From NCBI RefSeq assembly GCF_006345805.1, contig NW_021831991.1, positions 1-64,000 of the forward strand: a stretch of 64,000 nt of DNA. The letters are read 5' to 3'. A model generated the notes under the pieces. It was given only the letters and a program-made list of their open reading frames with translations. It had not been told where the DNA came from and made no database searches. The translations under genes were made by a program, and so were the position numbers. Positions 1 through 13,268 of the stretch are shown piece after piece (position 1 is the first letter of the stretch; each line of letters begins with the position of its first letter). This stretch comes from Octopus sinensis. Its lineage: Eukaryota.

Positions 1-50
1 CGCCCTAAATTTACAGTACCTACTTTATATTTATATATATATATTTATCT

Positions 51-434
51 TTTACTTGTTTCAGTCTTTTGACTGCAGCCATGCTGGAGCACCACCTTTA
101 ATCGAGCAGCTCAACCCCGGGACTTATTCTGTTGTAAGCCCAGTACTTATTCTATCTGTCTCTTTTGCCGAACAGCTAAGTAACGGGGACATAAACACAC
201 CAGCATCGGTTGTCAAGCAAGCTAGGGGGAAAACACAGACACACAAACACACACACGCATATATATACATATATACGATGGGCTTCTTTCAGTTTCCGTC
301 TACCAAATCCACTCACAAGGCTTTGGTCGGCCCGAGGCTATAGTAGAAGACACTTGCCCAAGGTGCCACGCAGTGGGACTGAACCCGGAACCATGTGGTT
401 GGTAAACAAGCTACTTACCACACATCCACTCCTG
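51..434 (-). mobile_element. tRNA-derived SINE, family A (head + CA/TA microsatellite spacer + tail)
   Basis: Minus strand starts caggagtggatgtgtggtaagtagcttg...ggttccgggttcagtcccactg, with A-box-like and B-box-like motifs. The same head and tail recur at 3117-3572, 19691-20135, 29818-29968 and 45781-46008. Confidence 0.85.
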
Positions 435-531
<97 letters not shown>

Positions 532-552
532 TATATATAATATATATATATA
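435..552. repeat. (TA)n microsatellite
   Basis: Direct reading. Confidence 0.95.
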
Positions 553-684
553 TTTGAGTAGTTGAATGAATCATCTTATTAAGGATAATTCGAATTAACC
601 GAAACCTGGGTAGCAAATTCACATCAGAAACATATGTCGAAAATAAAAGAATTTTGTTAATTCGTCGTTCAGCTCCATTCTTTC

Positions 685-731
<47 letters not shown>

Positions 732-761
732 TATATATATATTATATATATATATATATAT

Positions 762-1156
762 ATAGCAGTATCACCCGGCGTTGTTCGGGTTTGTAAGGTA
801 AATAACTATATAAGCATTTTTAGAGAGTTATAGCCAAAAGATAGCAAAAATATGCATTAAAATGGAAAAAAATTATGGTACATTTAAAAAAAATTGTTGA
901 CTCATCGTAGACATTTTTAGAGAGTTACTTCCCTTATATAGTAGCGAAAAAATGCATTAAAATGGAAAAAAATGATGGTAAATTATTTTAAAAATCGTAG
1001 ACTCATCGTAGACGCGCGCTAATACCCAGACGGGCTCGATATGAATCACGACTATAAGATACCCGGTTTTTGTTAAACTGTACAGCAAAATGTGGGAGTA
1101 GTTAGGAATCTAAATCGTAAGAGACAGACACACAACTTGACTTTTATATATAAAGA
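762..1156 (-). mobile_element. Non-autonomous Helitron, copy 1
   Basis: Minus strand begins TC (tctttatatataaaag) and ends in a GC hairpin (+ strand cccggcgttgttcggg) followed by a CTAG-like end (ctat variant). It carries an internal subrepeat of about 115 bp and is homologous to 1157-1662. Confidence 0.7.
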
Positions 1157-1662
1157 CTAGCAGTATCGCCCGGCGTTGCTCGAGTTTGTAAGGGAAATAA
1201 CTATATAAGCATTTTTAGAGAGTTACTTCCCTTATAAATTCGGGCTTTCTTAGCCATTTTTGTTTTGGTGTCTTCAAGCCATGAAGTCGTTGTTCTAAAA
1301 GAACGCTGGTTTCCTTCACAACGCATTACGACGTTGATTTCTTTACACTCCCTTCCCCACAGCTTCACGAGGGAGGGAAGCGGGAGAAGCAAACAGGTGC
1401 AGCTGTGAGCGTGGACGCCAACTCCGCCGCCATCGACATACGATGCATTTTATGCATTAAAATGGAATAAAAAATTATGTTAAATTATTTTTAAAATCGT
1501 AGACTCATCGTTGACGCGCGCTAATAGTCAGACGGGCTCGATATGAATCACGACTATACGATACCCGAATTTGGTTAAACTGCACCGCAAAATGTGGGAG
1601 GAGTTAGGAATCTAAATCGAAGGGGACAGACACTCACACAACTAGAGTTTTATATATATAGA
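1157..1662 (-). mobile_element. Non-autonomous Helitron, copy 2 (head-to-tail with copy 1)
   Basis: + strand ctagcagtatcgcccggcgttgctcgag ... ttttatatatataga|t, which reads 5'-TC ... hairpin ... CTAG-3' on the minus strand. It has an internal segment of about 200 bp that copy 1 lacks. Confidence 0.8.
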
Positions 1663-2484
1663 TATATTTGTATGTATGATAAATGAAAAATACATTGTAA
1701 ATAAACAACGACATTAAAAACGTATACGTATACGCTCCCTCCCTCTTGCCCTCTTTCTCCTCTACCTGCTGCTGACACGCGTAACGTAGCCAGCTTTCTC
1801 TCCTCTTTTCACATTGGTCGCGTAGCTGATCGGTTGTAAAATTTCTGTTTAAAATTTCCTTTCTTGTCTTTTTGGCTCTAAGGCTGTATTTTGCTCATTT
1901 CTTATTGATTTCGTCTTTGTTCATCGTCTTAAATTACATTTTCTAAAACTTTTGTTGTTTGTCCATTCTGTGTTGTCTTGTTTACTCGAGGCCCTATTCT
2001 GTACGGCTTTCGCGGGAACCGCCTGCATGGCAAGTCTTAGTTTTTTCGCTAATGGTGCTGCAAAACTGAGTATTACCATTTCGTTGATAACTGATGAAGA
2101 ATTAGGGCTCTTCTCTGTCTGTCTCCCGTCCGGTTGTATATACAGTGCACATATACGCTTTTTATCTGTCGTGGTTTATTTATAATGCATTTTTTACTTA
2201 TTTATTAAGTAACGGCACGCAACACACACCGACTGTTATATATATATATATATAAATATAATCAAAATAAGCAACAAGGATATCCAGAAGTAATGCAGTA
2301 CGATCGTTTCATGCAACTCCATTTAATTGAACAATGCAAGCATTACATCAATTTAAAATGTAGAGCAATCTTCAGCTGCATAAAAATATAGAATTTTGAA
2401 TTATATGGATAATACCATACTAAATTCTTGTGTCTTTAACTTAAGTAACATATTCACCTGAATTTAAATTTTACTAAACACACA

Positions 2485-2545
<61 letters not shown>

Positions 2546-2870
2546 CGTTTAAATATTTGTTGTGCAAGAGTTTTTATGTATACATAAATGTATGTATATA
2601 TGTATATGCATATCTATTCATACAGTGCAAACTTGAAGCGCCAGATAAATACAAATAACCAGTATTTAGAAGTCCATATTTGTGTCATTGTACTAGTATA
2701 ATTTTATATGAATAATTAGTTTGGATGATCTACAGTGTATATGAAGAAAATAACAAGTTAAACCATCTTACGTGCATTAACAAGAAAATGGTTATTACTT
2801 ACATAATGGATTTTAAATACTTAAAAACACTGGGAAACAAATATACGTAGCACCTTTTATCTTTCATCTT

Positions 2871-3035
2871 TTACTTGTTTCAGTCATTCCACTGGGGCCA
2901 TTCTGGGGCAACACCTTGGAAATCTATTAGTCGAACTAATCGATGTAAGTACTTCTTTTAAAGCCTGGTGCTTATTCTATCGGTTCTCTTGCTAAGTTAG
3001 GAATACATTATCACACAAACATCGATTGAAAAGCA
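2871..3035 (-). mobile_element. Degenerate SINE family A tail
   Basis: tttacttgtttcagtcatt...gcctggtgcttattctatcgg resembles the tail at 51-200. Confidence 0.6.
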
Positions 3036-3116
3036 AGAATGAATGTATGTGTGTATTTTTTGTTTACGGTCCCACACAACAATATCTTGTCGGAGGTTTT
3101 TTAACTTACTATTTTT

Positions 3117-3374
3117 TTTACTTGTTTCAGGCATTTGACTGTGGCCATGCTGGAGCACCGCCTTTAGTCGAGCAAATCGACCCCAGAACTTATTCTTGGT
3201 AAGCCTAGTATTTATTCTATCGGTCGCTTTTGCCGAACCGCTAAGTTACGGTGACGTAAACACACCAGCATCAGTTGTCAAGCGATGTTGATAGGGGGGA
3301 CAATCACAGACACACAAATACACACACACACACACACACACGCACACACACACACACACATACACACACACACA

Positions 3375-3413
<39 letters not shown>

Positions 3414-3572
3414 CAATTATACGACGGGCTTCTTTCAGTTTCCGTCTACCAAATCCACTCACAAGGCTTTGGTCGACCCGAGGCTATAGTAGAAGACACT
3501 TGCCCAAGGTGCCACGCAGTGGGACTGAACCCGGAACCATGAGGTTCGTAAACAAGCTACGTACCACAGTTC
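3117..3572 (-). mobile_element. tRNA-derived SINE family A, full length
   Basis: Near-colinear with 51-434, with a longer (CA)n spacer. Confidence 0.85.
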
Positions 3573-3599
3573 CACCAATATTGTTTTGACCCATCGGTC

Positions 3600-4785
3600 T
3601 CAATGTGATCAACTTCTTTTATGGGTATTTTCTTTTTTTTTGTTATCCTGTTCTACACCGTTCTGGACAACATGTTATACTCTCATGGGAAGATAATATC
3701 TGAAAGAAATTCTTTCACAGTTGGCAATATGGTGAATGCCTTCGGTATTGGTCTTCTTGCCTGTCAAAGTTTTTCGCCTTTTATATTGTAGGCACTTGTT
3801 CGTGGATTGTGTTATGTAGCCGTCACAGTGGGTTGTTATGAACTTTCCGGAACTCCGCGTTAAGCTTTTGGCATGATCAATCCCTTAAATGACTTGTGTT
3901 TTACGTGCCTAGCACACATATGCTATCTTCTCAGTGAACTGATCCCTTATGTTCTGCCTAATGCTCTTTAGGGAAAGATCAGTATCGCCTCTTATTTCAT
4001 ACCTCTCCTAAACTTCATGAGCTATCCTAATTTTTGTTGTTGGTTCATGGTCAGAAACTAGAGCAAGATAGTCACTGGTCTCTTTCTTCGCCTGCAAATG
4101 GTGTTTCAGTGTCAACTGTACGTAATATGGCATCGGTACAGATTGAAGACCACAGCCACCATGCTTGCGTGTGAAGTATAGGCTGCCTACATCTTCATTG
4201 ATGTTGATGTTTCCAGTAGCACTGAACAGCTTGCGAACATCTATGTCATTAGGTTCTTGTGGTGACCAGTTCAGAAGACCAAACGAAGGTGTGAGGACAT
4301 GCATTGCAATATATGTTTACTAGAAGCTGAGAGTTCTGATAACAATATTCTCTTTAATCCCCCGAGATATTCATTTCTTGTCCTCTCCTTATTTATGGGT
4401 CCATCGAATCTGATATTCGCATCTTGTACGAGATACCTACAAATGTAACCTGACTGTAGAGGCTGCATTGTCAAGTCGCTTGTTCTTAGGATTTCAGAGG
4501 AGGGCACAAACGTCTCATACTTTATTGTTCAGAATACATATCTGGACTCACCAAATTTTATTCTAATGTTTGTAGAAAATTGGGTCATAAGGTCCAGTTG
4601 TTTTGGATATGGTTGATAATTGGCCCATGCAGTTTCAGGTCGTCGACAAAGAAAAGATTGGAGACACATCTGGATCAATTTCTCTGTTTACTATATTTTA
4701 TGAGCAAGTATTATAGGGAACTTAATGAGAGGATGAAGAATAACACAGACAGGCCATCAACCTGAATGATGCCATTTTGGGTGTG
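3600..4785 (-). mobile_element. Decayed R4/Dong-type non-LTR retrotransposon fragment (RT C-terminal part to zinc-knuckle region)
   Basis: Minus-strand translation gives LFFVDDLKLH, HVLTPSFGLLNW and LYFTRKHGGCGL, homologous to the plus-strand copy at 7280-9830. Many stops and frameshifts. Confidence 0.75.
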
Positions 4786-4789
4786 AATG

Positions 4790-6100
4790 CTATCCATTTC
4801 ACTGCCGACTCAAACAATGTTGCTCACTTCTCTTTTCAGCACTGCATTGATATATTTATTTTTGGTGCTCTTGTTTAGCAGGTGCTACCCGAGTGATACC
4901 ATACAGCATTCAAAGGCCGTCTGCACTGATCTCTATCACCTTCATTTCTTCTGAGGAAGAGTCTGTCAACATCACTGTTTCTGTGGAAGTTCCCAGCTGT
5001 TGTCAAGATTTTGCGGGTTTTGATATCTATGGAGCGGATTTCCTCTACAGACCAATCAATTATCCCAAATGTTGGGATCAGCACTGGTACTGCAAATGCA
5101 TTGTGGGATATTGCTTAGTTGTAAGAGGAGAGTTCCGATTGCCATATTTTCTTAAGTCTGGTGTAATATTCTCGGGTCACAATATCTTTATTCACAGTGC
5201 CTTCATATGATATATTTTCGCCTATGCCTAGGTACTTGTGACATTCTTTGTGTGGAATGGGAGAGATAAAGATATCGTTGATACACAGGTTTTGGGTTTG
5301 GGAGACTGACTTTGCTCTTTCTATAACCAAATATGAACACTTGTTTTAGCCAAATTGCATGCCTGCGTCAGCAGATAATGTTGTCAATTCCAGTTGTTTT
5401 TGGCATTGGTAGTCTACAAAGAAATTATTTGAAGATCCTAGCATGTAACCATTAGTTTTCTGCAGTGGGAACGATAATGGATTCATAGTCAAAATGAAAA
5501 GAAGTACAGAAAGGCTATATTCCCGGAATATTCCCTTTCAAATGACTATACTATCAGAAACAATTATTCTGTTCTCAGTCGTAATGGTTGTCCATGTTTT
5601 TGTGAGTCTCTCTATAGTAGCAATTAAGGTAGTAGATACTTTACCAGATGTATGTACTTCAACAGACATGAATGAGAGATTGAATCGAATGCATTCATAT
5701 AGTCAAGCCATGCGGTCACAAAATGTCTACGTTGTTTTCTTATTTCAGACAGAATAGCTTTGTTTATTAAAAGTTGTTCAGCATATCCCCACACTTTCTT
5801 CTTTTCACTAGCCTCTTCATCAGTCACAATGTTGATCGACTCACAATGTTCCTGGAGGAATTGGTTGACGCCACGTGTGTACAGTTTGTACATAATATTT
5901 AGACAAGAAATGGGCCTGTAGTTTCCTGTTATCTCGGTGATTTATGTTAGCTTCTTGTACCAATATCAAATTATTAGGTCCCTTCCAGGTGCCTTCCCCT
6001 TCTGCAGTTTGGCTACTGCTATAGTGAAAGTTTATGAATCAATTTTCTGTTTTACTCTTAGTGTTGGTACAATATTCTCTCTCAATTGTATTCAACCATG

Positions 6101-6132
<32 letters not shown>

Positions 6133-6500
6133 ATATAAGAGCTACTGCTCTTTGTATATAAATATATCGTTGAGTTGATGTGTTGAAATCTGCATGCATT
6201 CACCCAAGTGTGTGCATCTATTCACATAAGAATCTCTTATGGACATTTCTGAAATGTCTTGCAAATATCAGTAATAAATTGGATTTGGAGAATCCGCATT
6301 TGTTTTACTCTTTCTCTGCAGAACCCAGTTTTCCAGTTTTTTTGTGCAAATTTGTTGATGCATAACCTATGATGATATGTAAAAATGAGAACTGATAGTC
6401 AGGGAACAAGTGCTGTAAGTTCTGCATTAATTCACTCTAAATGTTCTCTTTTACTTGTACTTTTGACTGCTCATTTACATCTGCTGGGCAGCTGACCTCT
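4790..6500 (-). mobile_element. Decayed R4/Dong-type non-LTR retrotransposon fragment (RT N-terminal part through thumb)
   Basis: ORF fragments MYKLYT...KKKVWGYAEQLLINKAIL...AWLDYMNAFDS (5624-5893), KYLGIGENISY...EYYTRLKKIWQSELS (5115-5330) and LIPTFGIIDW...DVDRLFL (4875-5084). A (TA)n run interrupts it near 6100. Boundaries approximate. Confidence 0.8.
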
Positions 6501-7279
6501 ATGGGCGTGTGCGTGGGGTGAGTGTGTGTATTTGTGTGAGTAGTATCTGCGTGTGTGTATGTGTGTTTGTCTGTGCGTGTATGAGAGAAGGAAAGAGAGA
6601 GGGAAAGAGAGAGAGAGGGGGAAGAAATAGAGAGAACTCGGTTACAAATAAGTTGTAAAGTTTCTCTATGCAGAGTTAATATTTATGCAAAGGGAATCAT
6701 TAACACATCTCCCACAATAAATAGGGCACAAAATGTAAGTATTTCAGCTGTTCGAAGTAGTTTCATTTAAAAGCATTGCAGTTATCCTTGAAGTAAAGAT
6801 TTATAAATATTTCAGAGAGAAATAATAGCCATGGGAAGCAACTCCGTATCGGGGATTTATTCATTCATGGGAGGCAACTCTGCAAATATTTCCCCCGGTA
6901 ATTTCCCGTTTACCTTTGCTACTTTTTCCTTTTTACTTTCTTTGTTTTTCTTACGTCAAATGTAGACAAATACTTGTATAGGTATTAAATTGTCCTTATA
7001 TCTAGATCTAAAATAATCGATCACGTATATGATGAGAGATGATCGATTATCATTGTCCCAACTGTTTCTTATTTGCAGTAAAGGCAGTGTACATTATTCA
7101 GCCTGGCTTTTACATCTTAATTTGTTAGGTTCCGGTTTGAGTTATTCTGCTTTTTCTAACAGGTGCAGCATGGACGTAGGATTTCCTTTATTATCACGTA
7201 CGCAGGGGAAATTTATCATTGTACGGAGAACATACATACATACGTCAACTGTGATCCAGAAACTCCATGATGGAAAAGC

Positions 7280-9830
7280 ACCCGGAGAGACTTGATTCTT
7301 GGATATTGGTAAAAGAAGCTAACATTCTACCGACCATGTCTTATTAATCTGTACCAGCAAGCTTTCATTAGGAACAGTAGCATACCACACTGGTTAGCTC
7401 TGGCAGAGACAAAATTGATCCTCAAATATAGAACCACCCACATGGCAAAAAACTACCGGCCAACTGCATGCCAAAACTTAATGTATAAGATATATACAGA
7501 ATGTTTAAACCTATTCCTCCAAGACCATTGTGAAGCCAATAACATTATTACAGCAAAGCAAGCAGCTGGGAAGAAGGGAGTCTGGGGATGTGCTGAGCAA
7601 TTGTTAATCAACAAAAACTGTGATGTCAGAGGTGCGAGAGCATTAGTGGAACCTAGTTTCAATGTGACTAGACTACAAGAAAGCCTCTGACTTTGTTCCC
7701 CACTGATGGATGCTAGAAGCCCTTCAACTTGCTAAAGTTCCAGTGAGAATATTCAAAGCCATAGCTGACCTGACTTCATCGTGGGCCACCATCTTGAAGT
7801 TAGACACAAAGAATGACTGTATTATCACCGATAGAGTAGTGTCACAAAGGCATATTCCAAGGAGACAGCCTCTCTCTGTGATGTTGTTTATACTTTCTGT
7901 AAACCCTTTGTCATTCATGTTAAGGAAGACTGAAGGATATCTTACTGGTTCACAAGGAAAACAGAAATATCAAAATTTTATACTGTTTCTTTGTGGATGA
8001 CTTAAAACTTTATGCAAAGAATATGCATGAGATGAAAAAGAGCCTTGACCATGTTACAAATCCCTCAATAGATATAGGGTTGGTGTTTGGTCAGGATAAA
8101 TGTTATATGGTTGTGAAAAGGGGAAAACTATATACCAGACTAGTAACATCTTCATCAATGATTTGACTGTTTCCTCTGTATCTGACGAGAAATGTTACAG
8201 GTATCTAGGGGTGGATAAAATTATATCTTACAATATCACCTGTAACAAAACAGGTGTCACTAAAGAATATTACAGTCGAATAAAGAAAATTTGAACCTCA
8301 GAACTCTTTGCATTCATGTTCCACAATGTGTTTACAGTGCCAGTACTCATACCAATATTTGGGCTGCTTGATTGGACACTTGATGAAATCCGAGCCATTG
8401 ATGTGTTAACCCGAAAAATACTAACAAGCACACATAATTTCCACATAAACTGTGTCGTAGACCTTCTCCAACTTAAACGAAAACAAGGCGGCAGAGGCTT
8501 AACATCAATCCAAAATGCCTTTGAAAATCACATCATATCTTTTCGGTAACATCTTCTAGCCACCAAGTATCCAAATGCAAGTTTGCATACGTGAGGCTGA
8601 AAACTTCATAAGAATTGGAAGGCAGCTCCTTGTCTGATAACCTTGAAGATATGCCCAAAGCAAAGAGATCGCATGACTCTACATTAAACGTATCATCAGA
8701 TGAAACGACGAGCGTATATGAGCAGAAGACGATGCATGGGTATGTCAGTAGAAAGCCCCGTGATGATAGTAACGTCGATCATCAAATCAATTTATTATGG
8801 ACCAATGGCCGGATTCCTACCTTCCACTTTGAAGGGTATGCATTTGCTATCCAGGGACATGAAATATCAACCAAGTTCCTGATGTGCAAAAGGTATAGAG
8901 ATAGATGAAACACCATAATATGTGAGAAGCGTTGTAGACTTTGCGGAGTTTTGGAGACTTTTGGAGTTTGGTCAGGATAAAATTGTTATATGGTTGTGGA
9001 AAGGGTAAAACTATGAACCAGACTAGTAATATCTCCATTAATGATTTAACTGTTTCCTCAGTATCTGATGAGGAATGTTACAGGAATCTAAGGGTGGATG
9101 AAAATATACATTACAATGGCACCTTACAAATATACCTTACAATGGAAGAGCCGTAAAATGTGACAACCGATGCAGACTTTGTGGAGTTCACACTGGCGAC
9201 ATCCTCCACATCATAAGAAGTTATCCAAAAATATAATCACCGTATTGTCTATCAGTGAGACATAACGTTGTAGCTAGGACACTCTACAACGAAATCCGTC
9301 GGAAGGATAATCTCGAGGACAAAGGAATAAAAACACACAATATGGTAGAAGTCATAGCCACTCATACTGAAAAGGAATACTGGTGGAATGTACTAGTGGA
9401 GACCCCAATAAAATTTAAGCACAACAGACCTGATATAACGATTTGGAATAGAAAAGAGAAACTGTGCACAGATGTGGAAATTAGCTGCCCATCGAATGTT
9501 AAAATAAAACTGAATATCAGTGAAAAAGAGAACACCTATGCTGAACTATTGAGAAATCTAGAGTTACTCTATCCAGAGTACAAGTTCAGGTTTATACCTG
9601 TAATTATTGGGACCCTGGGATATGTAACACACTGCCTAAATTCCAATCTTAAGAAATTGGGCTTCTCAAAACCAGAAATGAGAAAGCTAATTCGAAGGCT
9701 ACAAATCCAATCTATCACTGGTACTGTAAATTTCTGTAAAACTTTCCAGAAGTTTATCATTTAAATATATATGAGCATGCCTAGATATGTAACTATATGC
9801 ATGAGAATACATATATAAAACATAAAAATC
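7280..9830 (+). mobile_element. Decayed R4/Dong-clade LINE (RT + CCHC knuckle + REL endonuclease), 5' truncated
   Basis: KNYRPTACQNLMYKIYT...QAAGKKGVWGCAEQLLINK; FVDDLKLYAK near 7990; YRYLG; GGRGL; CRLCG...HII near 9170; RHNVVA...NRPDI...VEISCP...KENTY...PVIIGTLG (9255-9764). Confidence 0.88.
9255..9764 (+). pseudogene. Restriction-like (REL) endonuclease domain remnant of the R4/Dong LINE
   Basis: 169-aa open frame with RHN, PD..(D/E) and K...Y motifs typical of REL non-LTR elements. Confidence 0.85.
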
Positions 9831-9844
9831 TTCACATGCATACG

Positions 9845-9960
9845 TACGTTCCTGGACTTTCAAGGAGATATTCACACCGTCAAGACCACTGACCTCTATG
9901 AGAGTACATGTTTTTTCTTGTCTGTCGAAGACCACTATATCCGGCCTATCATGCTTTCAC
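9845..9960 (-). mobile_element. Short inverted REL-domain fragment of a related LINE
   Basis: Minus-strand translation DRPDIVVFDRQEKTCTLIEVS...KVQERTY. Confidence 0.6.
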
Positions 9961-9989
9961 TTGACACATGTTTTAATGGTAATGTTCCA

Positions 9990-10777
9990 GTGATATTCCT
10001 TGTGCTTGTATTCGTGTGCCAAGACAGATACAGAAGACCGGTGGCTATGGAAGAGGAGGAGTGATCTGAAGACAGAGAGAAGCACTTACATGCGCAGCAC
10101 GAGAACGATCGTAACGGAAAATCAATGTTAAATACAGATTCGACAACTCTACCGACAGTGGCAAACGCAGAATGTGTGGTGAGAGGGTTGATACAGTATG
10201 GCAGAACGTTAGCAAATGCCCGAAATTAGCACAACGCGAATACAAAAGGCTGCATTTCTATGTGACCAGAATGATCAATTGGGATTTCTGCGGAAATCAC
10301 GGCCTGCAAAGAGCAAAAGCGTGGTACGAACAAACTCCAGAAGGTAACCGAGAATGAAGATTGCAAAATTCTGTGGGATGCAATGATTCAGTCCAGAGAT
10401 CGGAGAACGGACATTTTTTGGTGAATAAAAAAGAATGAACATGCAAGATAATCAACATAGCATGGCATGGTGACAAAAGGATAAAAGATAAAGGAGAAAG
10501 AAAGCTGAACGAATATAACGATTTGAAGTGGGAAATAAAATTGTTGTGACAAATGAGGAGAGTAGACGTGATGCCAAGAGTGATTGCCACACTTGAACGT
10601 ATAAGCACTCAACTACTACCATGGTTCAAAAATGTTGTTACAAATGTAAAGATAGAAAAAAACAATCAACATTGCTTGGAACTGCAAGAATACTTCGCAG
10701 GGTTCTTAGTCTGCTGATTGTAGATAGCTGACACTTTCCATCATACCCAGTAAAATAACCTGAGAGTTTTTCTCAAA

Positions 10778-10825
<48 letters not shown>

Positions 10826-10853
10826 AAATAATAATAATAATAATAACAACAAC

Positions 10854-10910
<57 letters not shown>
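9990..10910 (+). mobile_element. 3' end of a second REL-LINE lineage with (TAC)n(TAA)n tail
   Basis: CGERVDTVW..SKCPKLAQREYKR, WYEQTPEG, KILWD and TLLGTARILRRVL*, followed by trinucleotide arrays at about 10778-10910. Confidence 0.8.
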
Positions 10911-10915
<5 letters not shown>

Positions 10916-11380
10916 GATGGGCTACAGCAAATATTCTGCTCAATACCACAGATTTGCTTGTCAGTTGTTTGACCTTAACCAGTTGAACATGTCCCTTAGT
11001 GGCTGACGATATGTGCATCTCTGATCACGAGCAGAAGTAATGGGGGAGCATCATAGCCATGTGTTGAGAGGGATTCTTTGGGGTTTGAATAGTTCACCTC
11101 TGGAAACATGGGTGGTTCTTTCAACATCCTTAAACAACCCCTATTCAGGGACCGTTTGAGCGGGATGGGCTACTCAACCTGAAGAAAATTCTAACTGGGC
11201 CCCACCTGCAAGGTCATGTGCTGTTTATCTTGATATGAGATCACCATGTCGCGCACATATGGTTGTGATGCATGTGCCTGGTGTACCTTTATCAGACGGG
11301 TAGTGATGATGGGTATATTGGGCTTCGTATATTTTACCCCAGTGTCACCTTGATAGCATGAACTGGTCTCTCACTCAATG

Positions 11381-11469
<89 letters not shown>

Positions 11470-11475
11470 TAATAA
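10911..11475 (+). mobile_element. Non-coding (TAA)n-tailed SINE-like element, copy 1 (5' truncated)
   Basis: Body of about 467 bp (aaaagatgggctacagc...ctctcactca) plus a long (TAA)n tail. Homologous to 11478-11986 and 13271-13805. Confidence 0.75.
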
Positions 11476-11477
11476 TT

Positions 11478-11947
11478 GGTATAAAAGATGGGCTACAGCA
11501 AATATTCTGCTCAATACCACAGATTTGCTTGTCAGTTGTTTGACCTTAACCAGTTGACCATGTCCCTTAGTGGCTGACGATATGTGCATCTCTGATCACA
11601 AGCAGAAGTAGTGGGGGAGCATCATAGCCATGTGTTGAGAAGGATTCTTTGGGGTTTGAATAATTCACCTCTGGAAACATGGGTGTTTCGTTCAACGTCC
11701 TTAAACAACCCTTATTCAGGGACCTTTTGAGCGGGATGGGTTACTCGATCTGAAGAAAATTCTAACTAGGCTCCACCTGCAAGGTCATGTGCTGTTTATC
11801 TTGATATGAGATCACCATGTCGCGCACATATGGTTGTGATGCATGTGCCTGGTGTACCCTTATCAGACGGGTAGTCATGATGGGTATACTGGGCTTCGTA
11901 TATTTTACCCCAGTGTCACTTTGATGGCATGCTCTGCTCGCTCACTC

Positions 11948-11986
<39 letters not shown>
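11478..11986 (+). mobile_element. Non-coding (TAA)n-tailed SINE-like element, copy 2 (5' truncated)
   Basis: Directly tandem to copy 1, same 3' end and tail, with scattered substitutions. Confidence 0.75.
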
Positions 11987-11988
<2 letters not shown>

Positions 11989-12010
11989 CTTGATGCAAGA
12001 CCAGGCAGTG

Positions 12011-12330
12011 ACATAGAAATAATAGCAAAGTACCAGGACCTAGCTATTGATTTACAGAGACTATGGAAAATGTATCCAAGTAGTTATAGCTGCATTGGGA
12101 ATTATCCCCGAAGATGTGAACAGATGGATAGAGGAAATAGGCATAAAACATAGTTTACGACAGCGTCAGAAAACAGTGTTATTTAGGGGCAGCTAGATAG
12201 AAGAGTTCTTGGCATCGAAGGCTGTTTGTAGCCTGATGTTAGGATTTTTCTTTTCCAACAGTCTAATGTATTGAGAGTATATGGAAATAGTAACAACAAC
12301 AACAACAACAGCAACAACAACAACAATAAT
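12011..12330 (+). mobile_element. Short 3' end of a REL-LINE with (CAA)n tail
   Basis: IAKYQDLAIDLQRLWK...ALGIIP...QKTVL, then (AAC)n at about 12293-12330. Confidence 0.65.
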
Positions 12331-13223
12331 GTGCTAAAGATATGGGTGTAAATACAGATGAAATGATGGGCAAGAAAGAGTTTAACCAAAGAGCTGAGGA
12401 GAGGAGAAGAGAAAAGAAGACCTTGGAATGAAAATGAATGGACAATTTGAAAGGAATACACAAGATGTTAAAGATAATATAGCATCGTGGGCATGGCTTG
12501 AGTGAGATTATTTGAAGCGTACCACTGAAAGCCTGATCATTGCTGCACAAGACCAGGCCCTCGCTACCAATTCAGTGAAGTATAACATCTATAAAACTTC
12601 TGACACCCAAAGATGCTGACCCCGTGGAAAGAGTGTGGAAAATGTGGTATGTGGATGTGAGAGCCTTTCACAAAAATAATACAAGCGCCGTCACGATAAA
12701 TTGTATATCTTCATTGGCTCTTATGCCGTAAATACCAATATGAAGTAACAGAGAACTGGTATGAGCATGTATCAAGTAAAATTATGCAGGAGGATGGAAA
12801 AGTAACAATACTCTAGGACTATGATTTTGAGACGGATCGTGTATCCGAGCACCGTCGGCCGGATATTGTCATATTGAATGAGAGAGACAAATACTGTCAG
12901 ATCATTGATGTAGCGATACCAAATGACATGGATGTTGTGAAAGTGGAGATGGCAAGACTGAATGCAATAAGAGAGGATAATGTAAAAGCGATACCAGTGG
13001 TGATCGGGGTGCTGGGCTAAATCCCATTGGAACTTCAAGACTTCTTAAGGCAACTGGAAATCCGATGCAAGATTGATGTCTTGCAAAAAGCAGCCTTACT
13101 GGGCACAGCGCACATCTTAAGGAAAGTATTATCTGTCTGGGGTCCTTGTTGTGACTTGACAAATGACTAAAGACTCTGGTGCATTTTTACCTAGACTGTT
13201 ACAAAGGAATATTAATAATAATA

Positions 13224-13268
<45 letters not shown>

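Noticed and set aside
10773-11589. Poly-Ile and poly-Ser ORFs
   Set aside because: Antisense reading of (TAA)n and (TAC)n tails.
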